This document shows positions 46,701 through 58,500 of a DNA stretch of 64,000 bases, one piece after another. This DNA is from Giardia intestinalis (Eukaryota), in assembly GCA_000002435.2 (NCBI GenBank), contig CM018793.1; one strand, 5' to 3'. The notes beneath the pieces are model-generated. The model worked only from the letters and a program-made list of their open reading frames with translations. It was not told the origin of the DNA and did not search any database. Both the position numbers and the translations under genes were made by a program. Each line of letters opens with the position of its first letter. Position 1 is the first letter of the stretch.

Positions 46701-46825
46701 CATGACAGAGTATGCACTCCCCACCAGGGGTCACCTTGTCTGCCCCATTCTGGAATATGTACTGACTATCTGTATTACAAGCAGTGCACACTCCATCACT
46801 GGCTGCTGTGCATATCACACTCCAC
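43753..46825 (-). CDS. VSP unit F: long-type VSP-like cassette, ~1023 codons
   Basis: Unique N-terminal half (ICTAASDGVCTACNTDSQYIFQNGADKVTPGGECILCHDATGANGYKGVESCATCTAPDSNKGAATC..). It shares NCATCSEKADKTKCQTCKTGFFL with unit J. The C-terminal ~590 aa are the shared long-type module. CRGKA tail followed by TGA. Confidence 0.85.
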
Positions 46826-46885
46826 TATCACACATTATCACACTATCACCTTCTATCACACATTGTACAGCATTCACTACCTAAG
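46826..46885 (-). repeat. Inter-cassette spacer F|G
   Basis: Same family (plus-strand tatcacac / ctatcacc heptamers, attcactacctaag, then tca). Confidence 0.75.
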
Positions 46886-48619
46886 TCACGCCTTCCCTCT
46901 ACACACGAACCACCAGCAGAGGAAGCCCACGAGGCCCCCCACGACAGCGATGACAGCGACGGAGATGCCGGCTATGGCACCAGTGCTGAGCCCGCTCCTG
47001 TTGGTGCTCATAGACACACACTTACCATTGTCTAGACTGTATCCATCAACACACTCCCCACATATATTGTCCACCACACAGCTCTTGCAATCACCCACAG
47101 AGCATGTCACACACCCACTACCACCCTTGTTGGGCTTCTTACCACTGTCACAGGCAGTACACACAGCGACAGTCATACCAGCTGTTGTTAGAGCTGTCGG
47201 GGCTGTGCACTGAGAGCAGCCATCTACTCCCACGTATGCCTTAGCGGTACCTTGAGGATCTACTAGTGTGCCAAGGGAGTTGCCACATGCCAATACAGAC
47301 TGTTGAGCATTGGTTGCTTCTGGGACTACGAAGTACTTATTATTCTCATTAACAGCGGTACAGACACCGTTGGCTGCTGTCTTGCACATGGACTTACCCG
47401 GCTGAGTTGACACACTATAACAACCACCCATGTATAGGAAGTATCCCGTAGTACATGATGTACATATATGATTATCACAAGTATTCCCATTCTTTTGACC
47501 ACTATCAACACACTTCCCATCAATTGGTATCTTATTGGTCTCTCCACAGTAGGAACAGTAGTGCTTTGTGGTGCCCTTATCATCAATTATCATGGCATCG
47601 CAGGCACCAGAGGTACCCCCGCAGGCCGTATCATCTTCACAAGTCCTGGTGCATGTGACCCCAGTTGAAGGGGTACCGCTCTGCTTGTAGTTCACCTTAC
47701 AGGAGTTGCAGGTCAACGAGCTAGAGAAGGTGCACGTTGCACATCCATCGATGCCATCCTTAGCTGTATCACTACAAGGGACGCACTCACCGGGGCCACT
47801 GACTTTCATGAAGAACCCCTCCTTACAGGTCAAGCACTTATCGTCTCCAATTTGAGTGCAGGTGGCACAGTTGGGAGCACAGGCCTTACACTTGAAGGTG
47901 CCGGGCGCAGAATCGTAATATCCGGGTAAGCATCCGGTACAAGCGGGTGGTTGGTTGTTATTAGGTTTTGTGCACGCACTACAGCCCTCCAGTCCCTTAT
48001 TTGTGTTCTCATTATCTCCGCTGGTATCGCTGCACAAGACACACGCAGCATCACCATCTGCCTTGAAGTGATCAGCATCCTGGCATCCAGAGCTCACATC
48101 AACGCACGTTGTGGTGCCATCGATGGCCGTCTTCACCTTCTTACTGCCACAGTTAGTGCACTGGGGCTTACTGACAGTCGCATTGTACTTGCATGCCGTG
48201 CAATCAGTTATTGTACTACATGCCATGCACGTTCCAGACTCTGGATCAGCATACTTACCATTACCACAGCTATCAGTACATTGATTCCCATTGAGGTACT
48301 TCCCCTCTGGACACGATGTGCACTGGGTCGCCGATGTCTCACAGGTGGCACAGTTCCCCTCGCATGGCTTACAAAGCTTGTTGTTTAGGAAGTACCCCTC
48401 TTGACAGGTATTACACGTGGCAGGTCCTGCATTCCCTGGTGCCGTACACTTGAGACAGTTGGCCACTCCCGTATATCCATTCGCTCCCTTGATATCAGAG
48501 CACAGGATGCACTCACTACCAGGGGTCACCTTGTCTGCCCTGTTCTGGAATATGTACTTGTTATCTGTCTTACAAGCAGTGCACAGTCCATTACTGGCCT
48601 TTGTACATATCACACTCCA
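46886..48619 (-). CDS. VSP unit G: short-type VSP-like cassette, ~577 codons
   Basis: Begins ICTKASNGLCTACKTDNKYIFQNRADKVTPGSECILCSDIKGANGYTGVANCLKCTAPGNAGPATCNTCQEGYF. Ends CVDGYSLDNGKCVSMSTNRSGL...FVCRGKA*. No ATG or signal peptide. Confidence 0.85.
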   Translation of the reverse strand, partial: WSVICTKASNGLCTACKTDNKYIFQNRADKVTPGSECILCSDIKGANGYTGVANCLKCTAPGNAGPATCNTCQEGYFLNNKLCKPCEGNCATCETSATQCTSCPEGKYLNGNQCTDSCGNGKYADPESGTCMACSTITDCTACKYNATVSKPQCTNCGSKKVKTAIDGTTTCVDVSSGCQDADHFKADGDAACVLCSDTSGDNENTNKGLEGCSACTKPNNNQPPACTGCLPGYYDSAPGTFKCKACAPNCATCTQIGDDKCLTCKEGFFMKVSGPGECVPCSDTAKDGIDGCATCTFSSSLTCNSCKVNYKQSGTPSTGVTCTRTCEDDTACGGTSGACDAMIIDDKGTTKHYCSYCGETNKIPIDGKCVDSGQKNGNTCDNHICTSCTTGYFLYMGGCYSVSTQPGKSMCKTAANGVCTAVNENNKYFVVPEATNAQQSVLACGNSLGTLVDPQGTAKAYVGVDGCSQCTAPTALTTAGMTVAVCTACDSGKKPNKGGSGCVTCSVGDCKSCVVDNICGECVDGYSLDNGKCVSMSTNRSGLSTGAIAGISVAVIAVVGGLVGFLCWWFVCRGKA

Positions 48620-48680
48620 CTATCACACTATCACCCTCTATTACCCATTATCACACATTGTATAGCATTCACTACCCAAG
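48620..48680 (-). repeat. Inter-cassette spacer G|H
   Basis: Same family. Confidence 0.75.
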
Positions 48681-50435
48681 TCACGCCTTCCCCCTGCACA
48701 CGAACCACCAGCAGAGGAAGCCCACGAGGCCCCCCACGACAGCGACCACAGCGACGGAGATCCCCGCGATGGCCCCCGTGGAGAGCCCGCTCCTGTTGGT
48801 ACTCATAGACACACAGGAGGTCCCACTGCTGTCTAGACTGTACCCATCAACACACTCCCCACACACATCATCCACCACACAGCTCTTGCAGTCACTCACA
48901 GAGCACAGCACACACCCACTACCATCCCTGTTGGGCTTCTTACTACTGTCACAAGAGGTACACACAGCGACAGTCATACCAGCCCCAGTCAGAGCTGCTG
49001 GGGCTGTACACTGCGAACAGCCATCCACCCCCACATATGCCTTAGAGGTATCACCAGTGCCTACTAGTGTGCCAAGGGAGTTGCCACATGCCAATACAGA
49101 CTGTTGAGCATTGGTTGCTTCTGGGACTACGAAGTACTTATTATTCTCACTAACAGCGGTACAGACACCGTTGGCTGCTGTCTTGCACATGGACTTACCC
49201 GGCTGAGTTGACACACTATAGCAGCCTCCCATGTACAAGAAGTATCCTGTAGTACATGATGTACATGTATGATTGTTACAGTTATTCCCCTCTTTCTTTT
49301 CATTCCCAACACATAGTCCATTAATGGGGAACTCACTGTCCTTTCCACAGTATGAACAGTAGTGATGCTCCTTCCCTGTGTTGTCGATCACTATTGCATC
49401 GCAGGCTCCAGAAGTACCACCACAAGCCGTGGGGTCTTCACAAGTCTTCTCACACGTGACCGCTCCTCCAGCCCCTACCTTCTTTTGGTAGTTCACCTTA
49501 CAAGAGTCACAAGTAAACGAGCCAGAGAGGGTGCACGTTGCACAGCCGGGCACTCCATCTGTCGGATCGTCGCATGGGACGCACTTCTTGGCCCCGTCAT
49601 TCTTTAAGAAAAACCCTGGCTTGCACTTTTCACAGGTATCTATAGCGCCTCCTGGCCCGCACTTTCCGCAATCGCCAGCGCACGCAACGCATACGGCGGG
49701 GTTACCGTTCCCGCTGTCGTAGTAGCCATCGAGGCACGTCTTGCATTCTGGCTTAGCGCCGTTCTTGCTGCAGGTCCCGCAACCGGGGCTTCCCTTGTTA
49801 TTATCTGTCTTGCTGCTATCGTTGCTACATAGTATGCATTCGGCATCTCCGTCGCTCAAGAAGTTCTCACCAGTTGCTCCGCTTTGAGTGCAGGTGCCGG
49901 CGTCTATACACGTAGTCGTCCCGTCGGCCTCTTCCTTGACTATCTTAGCTCCATTACATGCCGTGCACTTTGGGCCCCCAGTTGCCGGGTTGTACTCACA
50001 CGTGGTGCAATCAGTTATTGCAGACGCCTTGCAGGTCATTGTCACAGGGTCAGCATAAGTGTTTCCAGTGCACTCATTACTATTCACGCATGCATTATCC
50101 TTCAGGAACGTATTTCCCTTACAAGAGGTACACTGGGTCGCCGACGTCTCACAGGTCAGGCAAGAGTCGTTGCACTTCTCACATGCGCCGTTACTATTTA
50201 GAAAGTATCCCTCTGTGCATGCAGTACACGTGGCAGCCCCCTTGTTACTGTCTGGCGCTGTGCATGTGGCGCAGCTCTCCACTCCCTTATATCCATTCGC
50301 TCCTGTGGCATCATGACAGAGTATGCACTCCCCACCAGGGGTCACCTTGTCTGCCCCATTCTGGAATATGTACTGACTATCTGTATTACAAGCAGTGCAC
50401 AGTCCTCCCTCAGCCTTTGTGCATATCTCACTCCA
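48681..50435 (-). CDS. VSP unit H: mosaic VSP-like cassette, ~584 codons
   Basis: F-like N-terminus (..[62 protein letters not shown]). A/D-like middle (VTMTCKASAITDCTTCEYNPATGGPKC ... TGYFLYMGGCYSVSTQPGKSMCKTAANGVCTAVSENNKYFVVPEATNAQQSV). C/E-like end (GNSLGTLVGTGDTSKAYVGVDGCSQCTAPAALTGAGMTVAVCTSCDSSKKPNRDGSGCVLCSVSDCKSC...SMSTNRSGL). CRGKA followed by TGA. The track's start is a GTG, and the frame is open upstream to the spacer. Confidence 0.8.
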   Translation of the reverse strand, partial: WSEICTKAEGGLCTACNTDSQYIFQNGADKVTPGGECILCHDATGANGYKGVESCATCTAPDSNKGAATCTACTEGYFLNSNGACEKCNDSCLTCETSATQCTSCKGNTFLKDNACVNSNECTGNTYADPVTMTCKASAITDCTTCEYNPATGGPKCTACNGAKIVKEEADGTTTCIDAGTCTQSGATGENFLSDGDAECILCSNDSSKTDNNKGSPGCGTCSKNGAKPECKTCLDGYYDSGNGNPAVCVACAGDCGKCGPGGAIDTCEKCKPGFFLKNDGAKKCVPCDDPTDGVPGCATCTLSGSFTCDSCKVNYQKKVGAGGAVTCEKTCEDPTACGGTSGACDAIVIDNTGKEHHYCSYCGKDSEFPINGLCVGNEKKEGNNCNNHTCTSCTTGYFLYMGGCYSVSTQPGKSMCKTAANGVCTAVSENNKYFVVPEATNAQQSVLACGNSLGTLVGTGDTSKAYVGVDGCSQCTAPAALTGAGMTVAVCTSCDSSKKPNRDGSGCVLCSVSDCKSCVVDDVCGECVDGYSLDSSGTSCVSMSTNRSGLSTGAIAGISVAVVAVVGGLVGFLCWWFVCRGKA

Positions 50436-50486
50436 CTATCATACTATCACCCTCTATCACACATTGTACAGCATTCACTACCCAAG
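50436..50486 (-). repeat. Inter-cassette spacer H|I
   Basis: Same family. Confidence 0.75.
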
Positions 50487-53400
50487 TCACGCCTTCCCCC
50501 TGCACACGAACCACCAGCAGAGGAAGCCCACGAGGCCCCCCACGACAGCGATGACAGCCACGGAGATCCCTGCTATGGCACCAGTACTGAGGCCGCTCTT
50601 GTTGACGCTTCCGCCGGTGTTGTCGCCAGTGCCGTCGCCCATCACGAAGCACATGAACGCACCGGTGGATGACACCGTGCACTGCCTGCACCCAGCGAGC
50701 CCCTCAGAGCACGGATTACACTTTGTCCCAGCACTCTGCGGTTTGTAATATCCAGTGCTGCATGTAGCACAGGCGTTAGCGTCGTTAGCAGCCGTGCATG
50801 TCTCGCAGCTAAGATGGCACCTTTTATTGGAACAATCGCCATTATCAGCCGTTAGACCACTGGCACATTTTGTACATTTTCCTCCCTGCACTGTAGTACA
50901 CACTTGCTTGCCAGGCTGTCTATCTGTCTGATAGCAACCGCCATCTTTGAGGAAGTAGTTATTTTCACATTGAGTGCATGCTCCATTACTCACCGTAGTG
51001 CAAAATCGTGTTCGCGTATTGGCCGCACAGTTGCCATCCAGTGGTGCCTGTTGAGTGTTCTTGCACTTTGAGCAGTATGCAGTTCCTCCTATCTGAGCCC
51101 ACACTCTGCGCATCCATCGTTTGTAGAACTCACGCTGCACTGGTTCATGCACGTGCCCCCATTGGCAGGAGTATCAGCATCTGTATACTGAAGCATCCTC
51201 CCAGCAGGACAAGCCGTACACTTATCAGCGCCCTCACCCTTGCACTCTACGCACGCATCGTTGCACTTCTTGCACTTTCTGTCAGTGTCATTTCCGTAGT
51301 AGCCCTTGAGGGTCGTGCAGTCAGATACGCATTGACTGGTTGGGGTGAGGTAGTACTCAGACAGACACTTTGTACAGACCTCCTTATCGGCACCTTCACT
51401 GGTGCACTCCAAACAGTGCTCTGTGTTACAGTTACTGATTGGTTGGCATTCAGTCGATTCAGTATTAGGTTGGAGTCCTTCGTTGCACTCGCACACTTGG
51501 CTATCCTGTCCGGTGGCCTTGGGGGTAGAGTTAGCAGGGCAACTAGCAACGCACGACTTTCTGTTGAGACCAAAGATGGTCTTCGTATCAGTCGTACACG
51601 TCTTACAAACCACTCCGTTGGCGCCTTTCTCACAAGTGGTGCAGTCAGTTGTTCCAGCCGACACACATGTATTGCACTCCTTTGCTTCTTCATCAACGTA
51701 GTGGGTTGCCGGACAACCAGCTGTGTCAACGCACGTGCCGGTTGTGGACTCGCCATCCTTCTTCAGGTACTTCTTGGTCCCAGACGTTTTACACAGGCTG
51801 CACTTCTGTTGCTCCTTGGCCACGCACACAGCGCAATTATCATCTGCACACGCGGTGCACTTCTTCTCGGTAGCGTCGATGAAGAAGCCCTCCTCATTAG
51901 TACACGCCTCTGCGCTAACACAGCTGGGTGCATCGCCAGCTTTAAAGTAGAATCCATCAACACACTCCCCACATATATTGTCCACCACACAGCTCTTGCA
52001 ATCACCCACAGAGCATGTCACACACCCACTACCACCCTTGTTGGGCTTCTTACCACTGTCACAGGCAGTACACACAGCGACAGTCATACCAGCTGTTGTT
52101 AGAGCTGTCGGGGCTGTGCACTGAGAGCAGCCATCTACTCCCACGTATGCCTTAGCGGTACCTTGAGGATCTACTAGTGTGCCTAGGGGGTTACTACATG
52201 CCAACACGGACTGCTGAGCATTGGATGCCCCTGGTACCAGGAAGTACTTATTATTCTCATTAACAGCGGTACAGACACCGTTGGCTGCTGTCTTGCACAT
52301 ATGTTGTCCAGGTACTGTATCAACCTTGTAACAACCTCCCATATACAAGAAGTAGTTGTTAGTGCATTGTGTACATACACCTTGATCACATTGATTATTT
52401 GCTTTAGCACTATTACACTTCCCATCTATAGGATACGTATTAGCTTCTCCACAGTATGAGCAATAATGATGCTCTACACCCTTATCATCAATCACTATTG
52501 CATCGCAGGCACCAGAAGTTCCTCCACAGGCAGTATCATCTTCACAGATCTTGGTGCATGTGACAGAGCCAGTACTGCCCTCCTTGCGATAGTTAGGCTT
52601 ACAGTCAGTGCACTTGAAAGCACCGTTGTTAGAGCAGACACTGCAGCCTTCGCGACCCTTATCGTCTACGCTATCGCATGGGACGCACTTCTTCCCCTGT
52701 TGATCTGTAGTAGTTACTAAGAAGTATCCAGTCTTGCAGGTTTCACACTTATTTGGATCACCAGCAACAGAGCATGTGGCACAGTTATCACCACACTTGT
52801 CTGTACATGTACTAGTACCACTATCAAAGAAGTATCCATCGAGACAGGCTGAGCAGGTTGGATTGTCACTTCCTGTTTTCGTACATGTCTTGCAGTTGGC
52901 CTTTCCTTCGTTACCAAGAGTTGAATCTGTCACATCACTACAAAGAGCACACGTTTTGTCCTCCTTCATAAATAAGGCCTCGTCAGCGCCCTCGCATCCT
53001 TCAAGCGTCTTCGCCACGCAGGTCGATGTCCCGTCGAGGGCCGTCCTGGGGGTCTTATTGGTCCCGCAGTTAGTGCACTTTGGCTTCCCCGTGGCCTTGT
53101 CGAAGGAGCATGCCGTGCACTCTGCGTGTATCGTACTACATGCCATGCACGTTCCAGACTCTGGGTCAGCATACTTATCATTACCACAGCTATCAGTACA
53201 TTGATTCCCATTGAGGTACTTCCCCTCTGGACACGATGTGCACTGGGTCGCCGATGTCTCACAGGTGGCACAGTTCCCTCGCATGGCTTACAAAGCTTGT
53301 TGTTTAGGAAGTACCCCTCTTGACAGGTATTACACGTGGCAGGTCCTGCATTCCCTGGTGCCGTACACTTGAGACAGTTGGCCACTCCCGTATATCCATT

Positions 53401-53538
53401 CGCTCCCTTGATATCAGAGCACAGGATGCACTCATTACCAGGGGTCACTGTCGTAGCCTTGTTCTGGAATATGTACTGGTTATCTACCTTACAAGCAGTG
53501 CACACTCCATCACTGGCTGCTGTGCATATCACACTCCA
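50487..53538 (-). pseudogene. VSP unit I: mosaic VSP-like cassette disrupted by two 1-nt deletions in C-runs
   Basis: The ORF track splits it into 52966..53532, 51089..53284 and 50487..51152. Relative to paralogues, cagttccctcgcatgg (~53277) should be cagttcccctcgcatgg, and gagcccacac (~51091) should be gagccccacac. In composition, the first ~38 aa are E-like and the next part G-like. It switches to B/C-like at ..GTCMACSTI|HAECTACSFDKATGKPKC, then to the A/F-like 3' module at CKTAANGVCTAVN|ENNKYFLVPGASNAQQSV. Ends CRGKA followed by TGA. Confidence 0.75.
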
Positions 53539-53599
53539 CTATCACACATTATCACACTATCACCCTCTATCACACATTGTACAGCATTCACTACCCAAG
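53539..53599 (-). repeat. Inter-cassette spacer I|J
   Basis: Same family. Confidence 0.75.
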
Positions 53600-55450
53600 T
53601 CACGCCTTCCCTCTACATATGAACCACCAGCAGAGGAAGCCCACGAGGCCCCCCACGACAACCACCACAGCGACGGAGATACCTGCTATGGCGCCTGTGC
53701 TGAGGCCGCTTCTGTTGCCCCCGCTGGGCTTGGTGGACACGCACGCCTCACCCTCCAGCCTGTAGTCGTCCCCACACTGGCCGCACTTGTTCTCCTCGCT
53801 GCACCTGACGCACCCGTCGATATTGCAGGCGATGCACTTCGTTCCGTCTGTGTTCGGCCTCTGGTCTTTACTGGTACAGGCCTCGCACTTACCGCCTGCT
53901 CCACAGTGCGAGCATCCGTCAACGGTACATGCGAAGCACCCGCTCCCAGCCAGGTTGGGCTTGTTGTTGTTGGTACACGCTGTACACACAGCAGCAGTCA
54001 TACCAGTCTCAGACAGAGCTGTTGGGGCCGTGCATGCCGAACAGCCATCTACCCCCACGTATGCCTTAGCAGTATCACCAGTGCCTACTAGTGTGCCTAG
54101 GGGGTTCTCGCAGGCCAGGACAGACTGATCAGTATTGGATGCCCCCGGGACCAGGAAGTACCGGCCGTTCTCGCTGGGGGCGGTGCACCTCCCTCCCTCG
54201 GCAGTCTTGCACATATAGCTACCAGGAGCCTTCGACACATCATAGCAGCCGCCCATGTACAGGAAGAACCCGGCAGCACACCGGGTGCAGACGCCATTGG
54301 CACAGGTGTTGTCACCCTTAGTTCCTGTGCAGATCCCATCGATGGGGAACGTGGCGGGGTCTCCGCACAGCGAGCAGTACTGGGAGAACGCCCCGGCGCT
54401 GTCAACGACGACCGCCCCGCAGGCCCCAGACGTCCCCCCGCAGGCCGTGGGGTCCTCGCAGGCCTTTGTGCACTTCACCGGATTGGTTCCCTCCTTGCGA
54501 TAGTTGAGCTTACAGGAGTTGCAGGTCAACGAGCCAGCGAAGGTGCACGTTGCACACCCATCGACTCCATCTGTCGGGTTATCACAGGGGACGCATGTGC
54601 CGGGGGAAGTGCCCCCTCTCAAGAAGAACCCGGTCTTGCAGGTTTGGCATTTGGTCTTGTCAGCTTTCTCAGAGCAGGTTGCGCAGTTCTCGCCACAGGC
54701 GTCACATGTGAAGCCGCTGTTGGTGTTCTTGATGTACCCCTCCAGGCACTCTGTGCAGGTCGGCGGTGTGGCGCCAGTCCTCGAGCACTTCTTACAGCCG
54801 ACGATGCCCTGGTTCTTCTTCTCTTGCTCTGTCACTGCGTCGCTGCATAGAATACACGCTGTTGCGTCGTCTTTCATGAATAGCCCACTATCGGTGGCTT
54901 TGCAGCCGTCGTCTGTCTTTTCCACGCACGTCGTCGTCCCGTCGGCAGCAGTTCTTACCAGCTTCCCGTTACAATCGGTGCACCTCGGCTTTCCCGTGGC
55001 ATCATTATATTCACATGCGGTGCACCCAGCTATGTCGGGATCACATGCCTTGCAGGTCCAGGTCTTCTTGTCTGCGTACTGGGTTGCCTCGCATCCACTA
55101 GCATCTACACATTGATTATTCTTCAGGTACTTCCCCTCAACGCAGGCGGTACACTGAGTCGGAGTATCAGCTGAGCAAGCAGAGCAGCCGTCTCCGCACT
55201 TCACACATGCACTGTCCTTCGTAACGAACCCTGCTTGACACTCTGTACACGTGGCCGGTCCGCTAGTGCCCGTGTGGGAGCATTCTGAGCATCCAGCGAC
55301 TCCCATGACCCCGTTTCTATCTGTCGTATCAGAGCACAGTATGCACTCACTACCCTTCTCTGATGGTGCAGCCGGGTTCTTGAACAGGCCGTTAGCTGTC
55401 TTACAAGCAGTGCACAGTCCTCCCTCAGCCTTTGTGCATATCTCACTCCA
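53600..55450 (-). CDS. VSP unit J: short-type VSP-like cassette, ~616 codons, divergent ectodomain
   Basis: ..ICTKAEGGLCTACKTANGLFKNPAAPSEKGSECILCSDTTDRNGVMGVAGCSECSHTGTSGPATCTECQAGFVTKDSAC ... LYMGGCYDVSKAPGSYMCKTAEGGRCTAPSENGRYFLVPGASNTDQSV ... B/C-type tail [10 protein letters not shown]...FICRGKA*. The only ATG near its 5' end (MGVAGC) is internal to the CXXC region and has no signal peptide. Confidence 0.8.
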   Translation of the reverse strand, partial: WSEICTKAEGGLCTACKTANGLFKNPAAPSEKGSECILCSDTTDRNGVMGVAGCSECSHTGTSGPATCTECQAGFVTKDSACVKCGDGCSACSADTPTQCTACVEGKYLKNNQCVDASGCEATQYADKKTWTCKACDPDIAGCTACEYNDATGKPRCTDCNGKLVRTAADGTTTCVEKTDDGCKATDSGLFMKDDATACILCSDAVTEQEKKNQGIVGCKKCSRTGATPPTCTECLEGYIKNTNSGFTCDACGENCATCSEKADKTKCQTCKTGFFLRGGTSPGTCVPCDNPTDGVDGCATCTFAGSLTCNSCKLNYRKEGTNPVKCTKACEDPTACGGTSGACGAVVVDSAGAFSQYCSLCGDPATFPIDGICTGTKGDNTCANGVCTRCAAGFFLYMGGCYDVSKAPGSYMCKTAEGGRCTAPSENGRYFLVPGASNTDQSVLACENPLGTLVGTGDTAKAYVGVDGCSACTAPTALSETGMTAAVCTACTNNNKPNLAGSGCFACTVDGCSHCGAGGKCEACTSKDQRPNTDGTKCIACNIDGCVRCSEENKCGQCGDDYRLEGEACVSTKPSGGNRSGLSTGAIAGISVAVVVVVGGLVGFLCWWFICRGKA

Positions 55451-55501
55451 CTATCATACTATCACCTTCTATCACACATTGTACAGCATTCACTACCTAA
55501 G
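55451..55501 (-). repeat. Inter-cassette spacer J|K
   Basis: Same family. Confidence 0.75.
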
Positions 55502-58500
55502 TCACGCCTTCCCTCTACACACGAACCACCAGCAGAGGAAGCCCACGAGGCCCCCCACGACAACGACCACAGCCACGGAGATGCCCGCGATGGCCCCCGT
55601 GGAGAGCCCGCTCTTGTTGACGCTTCCGCCGGTGTTGTCGCCAGTGCCGTCGCCCATCACGAAGCACATGAACGCACCGGTGGATGACACCGTGCACTGC
55701 CTGCACCCAGCGAGCCCCTCAGAGCACGGATTACACTTTGTCCCAGCACTCTGCGGTTTGTAATATCCAGTGCTGCATGTAGCACAGGCGTTAGCGTCGT
55801 TAGCAGCCGTGCATGTCTCGCAGCTAAGATGGCACCTTTTATTGGAACAATCGCCATTATCAGCCGTTAGACCACTGGCACATTTTGTACATTTTCCTCC
55901 CTGCACTGTAGTACACACTTGCTTGCCAGGCTGTCTATCTGTCTGATAGCAACCGCCATCTTTGAGGAAGTAGTTATTTTCACATTGAGTGCATGCTCCA
56001 TTACTCACCGTAGTGCAAAATCGTGTTCGCGTATTGGCCGCACAGTTGCCATCCAGTGGTGCCTGTTGAGTGTTCTTGCACTTTGAGCAGTATGCAGTTC
56101 CTCCTATCTGAGCCCCACACTCTGCGCATCCATCGTTTGTAGAACTCACGCTGCACTGGTTCATGCACGTGCCCCCATTGGCAGGAGTATCAGCATCTGT
56201 ATACTGAAGCATCCTCCCAGCAGGACAAGCCGTACACTTATCAGCGCCCTCACCCTTGCACTCTACGCACGCATCGTTGCACTTCTTGCACTTTCTGTCA
56301 GTGTCATTTCCGTAGTAGCCCTTGAGGGTCGTGCAGTCAGATACGCATTGACTGGTTGGGGTGAGGTAGTACTCAGACAGACACTTTGTACAGACCTCCT
56401 TATCGGCACCTTCACTGGTGCACTCCAAACAGTGCTCTGTGTTACAGTTACTGATTGGTTGGCATTCAGTCGATTCAGTATTAGGTTGGAGTCCTTCGTT
56501 GCACTCGCACACTTGGCTATCCTGTCCGGTGGCCTTGGGGGTAGAGTTAGCAGGGCAACTAGCAACGCACGACTTTCTGTTGAGACCAAAGATGGTCTTC
56601 GTATCAGTCGTACACGTCTTACAAACCACTCCGTTGGCGCCTTTCTCACAAGTGGTGCAGTCAGTTGTTCCAGCCGACACACATGTATTGCACTCCTTTG
56701 CTTCTTCATCAACGTAGTGGGTTGCCGGACAACCAGCTGTGTCAACGCACGTGCCGGTTGTGGACTCGCCATCCTTCTTCAGGTACTTCTTGGTCCCAGA
56801 CGTTTTACACAGGCTGCACTTCTGTTGCTCCTTGGCCACGCACACAGCGCAATTATCATCTGCACACGCGGTGCACTTCTTCTCGGTAGCGTCGATGAAG
56901 AAGCCCTCCTCATTAGTACACGCCTCTGCGCTAACACAGCTGGGTGCATCGCCAGCTTTAAAGTAGAATCCATCAACACACTCCCCACATATATTGTCCA
57001 CCACACAGCTCTTGCAATCACCCACAGAGCATGTCACACACCCACTACCACCCTTGTTGGGCTTCTTATCACTGTCACAGGAGGTGCATGTAGCGGCAGC
57101 CATACCAGCCTCAGTCAGAGCTACTGGGGCTGTACACTGGGAGCAGCCCTCGACCCCCACGTATGCCTTAGTATCTACTAGTGTGCCTAGGGGGTTACCA
57201 CATGCTAGTACAGACTGATTCTGATTGGATGCCCCTGGGACTATGAAGTACTTATTGTTGGCCGCCTCTGTGCATATCCCATTATTATCTGCTTTCTTGC
57301 ACATGTAGTTGCCAGGTTGAGCTGATACACTATAACAGCCGTTCATATAGAGGAAGTAGTTAGCAGCACAAGAGGGACAGGTATGACTAGTGCAAGCAGT
57401 ATTGCCTTTCTTATCAGTAGCACAGAGACCATCGATAGGAGCTTGTGAGCTATCTCCACAGTATGAACAGTAGTGCTTTGTGTTGCCATCAGTATCAATT
57501 ACTATGGCATTGCAAGCTCCAGAGGTACCACCACACGCAGTCTCATCCTCGCAGGTCTTCTCTGTGCATGTATAGTTGTCTGAGGTTCCAACGGGCTTCC
57601 TGTTAGGCTTGCACTTTGTACACTTGAGGGATCCTGCAGGACCAGTGCACTCAGCACATCCATCGATGCCCTCCTGTGCATTATCACAAGGAAGGCACTC
57701 ACCAGTAGGACCACTGCCTTTCATGAAGAATCCAGGCTTGCATTTAGTACACTGATTATTGCCAGCTTGAGTGCAGGTGGCGCAATTCTCGCCACAGACT
57801 GTGCATGTAGCGGTACCACTACCACTATTTGCGCTATTGTAGTATCCGTCGAGGCATGTCTTGCACTGAGGATTTGTACCAGAATTAGCTTTAGAGCATG
57901 TGCTACAACCAAGAACACCTGTATTGCCAGGGGTTGAATCTACATTATTACTGCAGAGAATGCACTTTTTGTTCGGTTCAGTTAGAAAGTTCGGACCATC
58001 GTTCCCGTTTTGGGTACAAGCCCCCTCAGCAATGCAGGTGGTCGTCCCGTCGGCCTCTTCTTTGACTATCTTACCAGTACATGTCAGGCACTTCGGCTTC
58101 TGCAGCGTCGTATCATACTCACATGTGTCGCATCCATCTATCCCCACTTCTTGAGCGTTACAAGCTGTGCACTTGCCGGTGCTTGGGTCGGGGTACTTAT
58201 TTCCAGTGCATTGACCAGCCTCTACGCAAGTGTTAGTATCAGTCTTCAGGAACGTATTTCCCTTACAAGAGGTACACTGGGTCTCTGTAGTCTCACAGGT
58301 CAGACAGGACTGATCACACTTCTCACATGTCTGAGCGTTCTTATAGTATCCATCTCTGCAGGTATCACACGTGGCCGCTCCTGGACTACCACTTGGTGCC
58401 GTACATGTGGCGCAGTTAGCCACCCCTGTATATCCATCTGCCCCATTGACATCATGACAGAGGATGCACTCACTACCAGGCTTCTGAGGTGTAACTGGGT

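Noticed and set aside
50487-53532. Track ORFs 50487..51152, 51089..53284 and 52966..53532 as three separate genes
   Set aside because: They are consecutive pieces of one cassette (unit I) split by two 1-nt homopolymer deletions.
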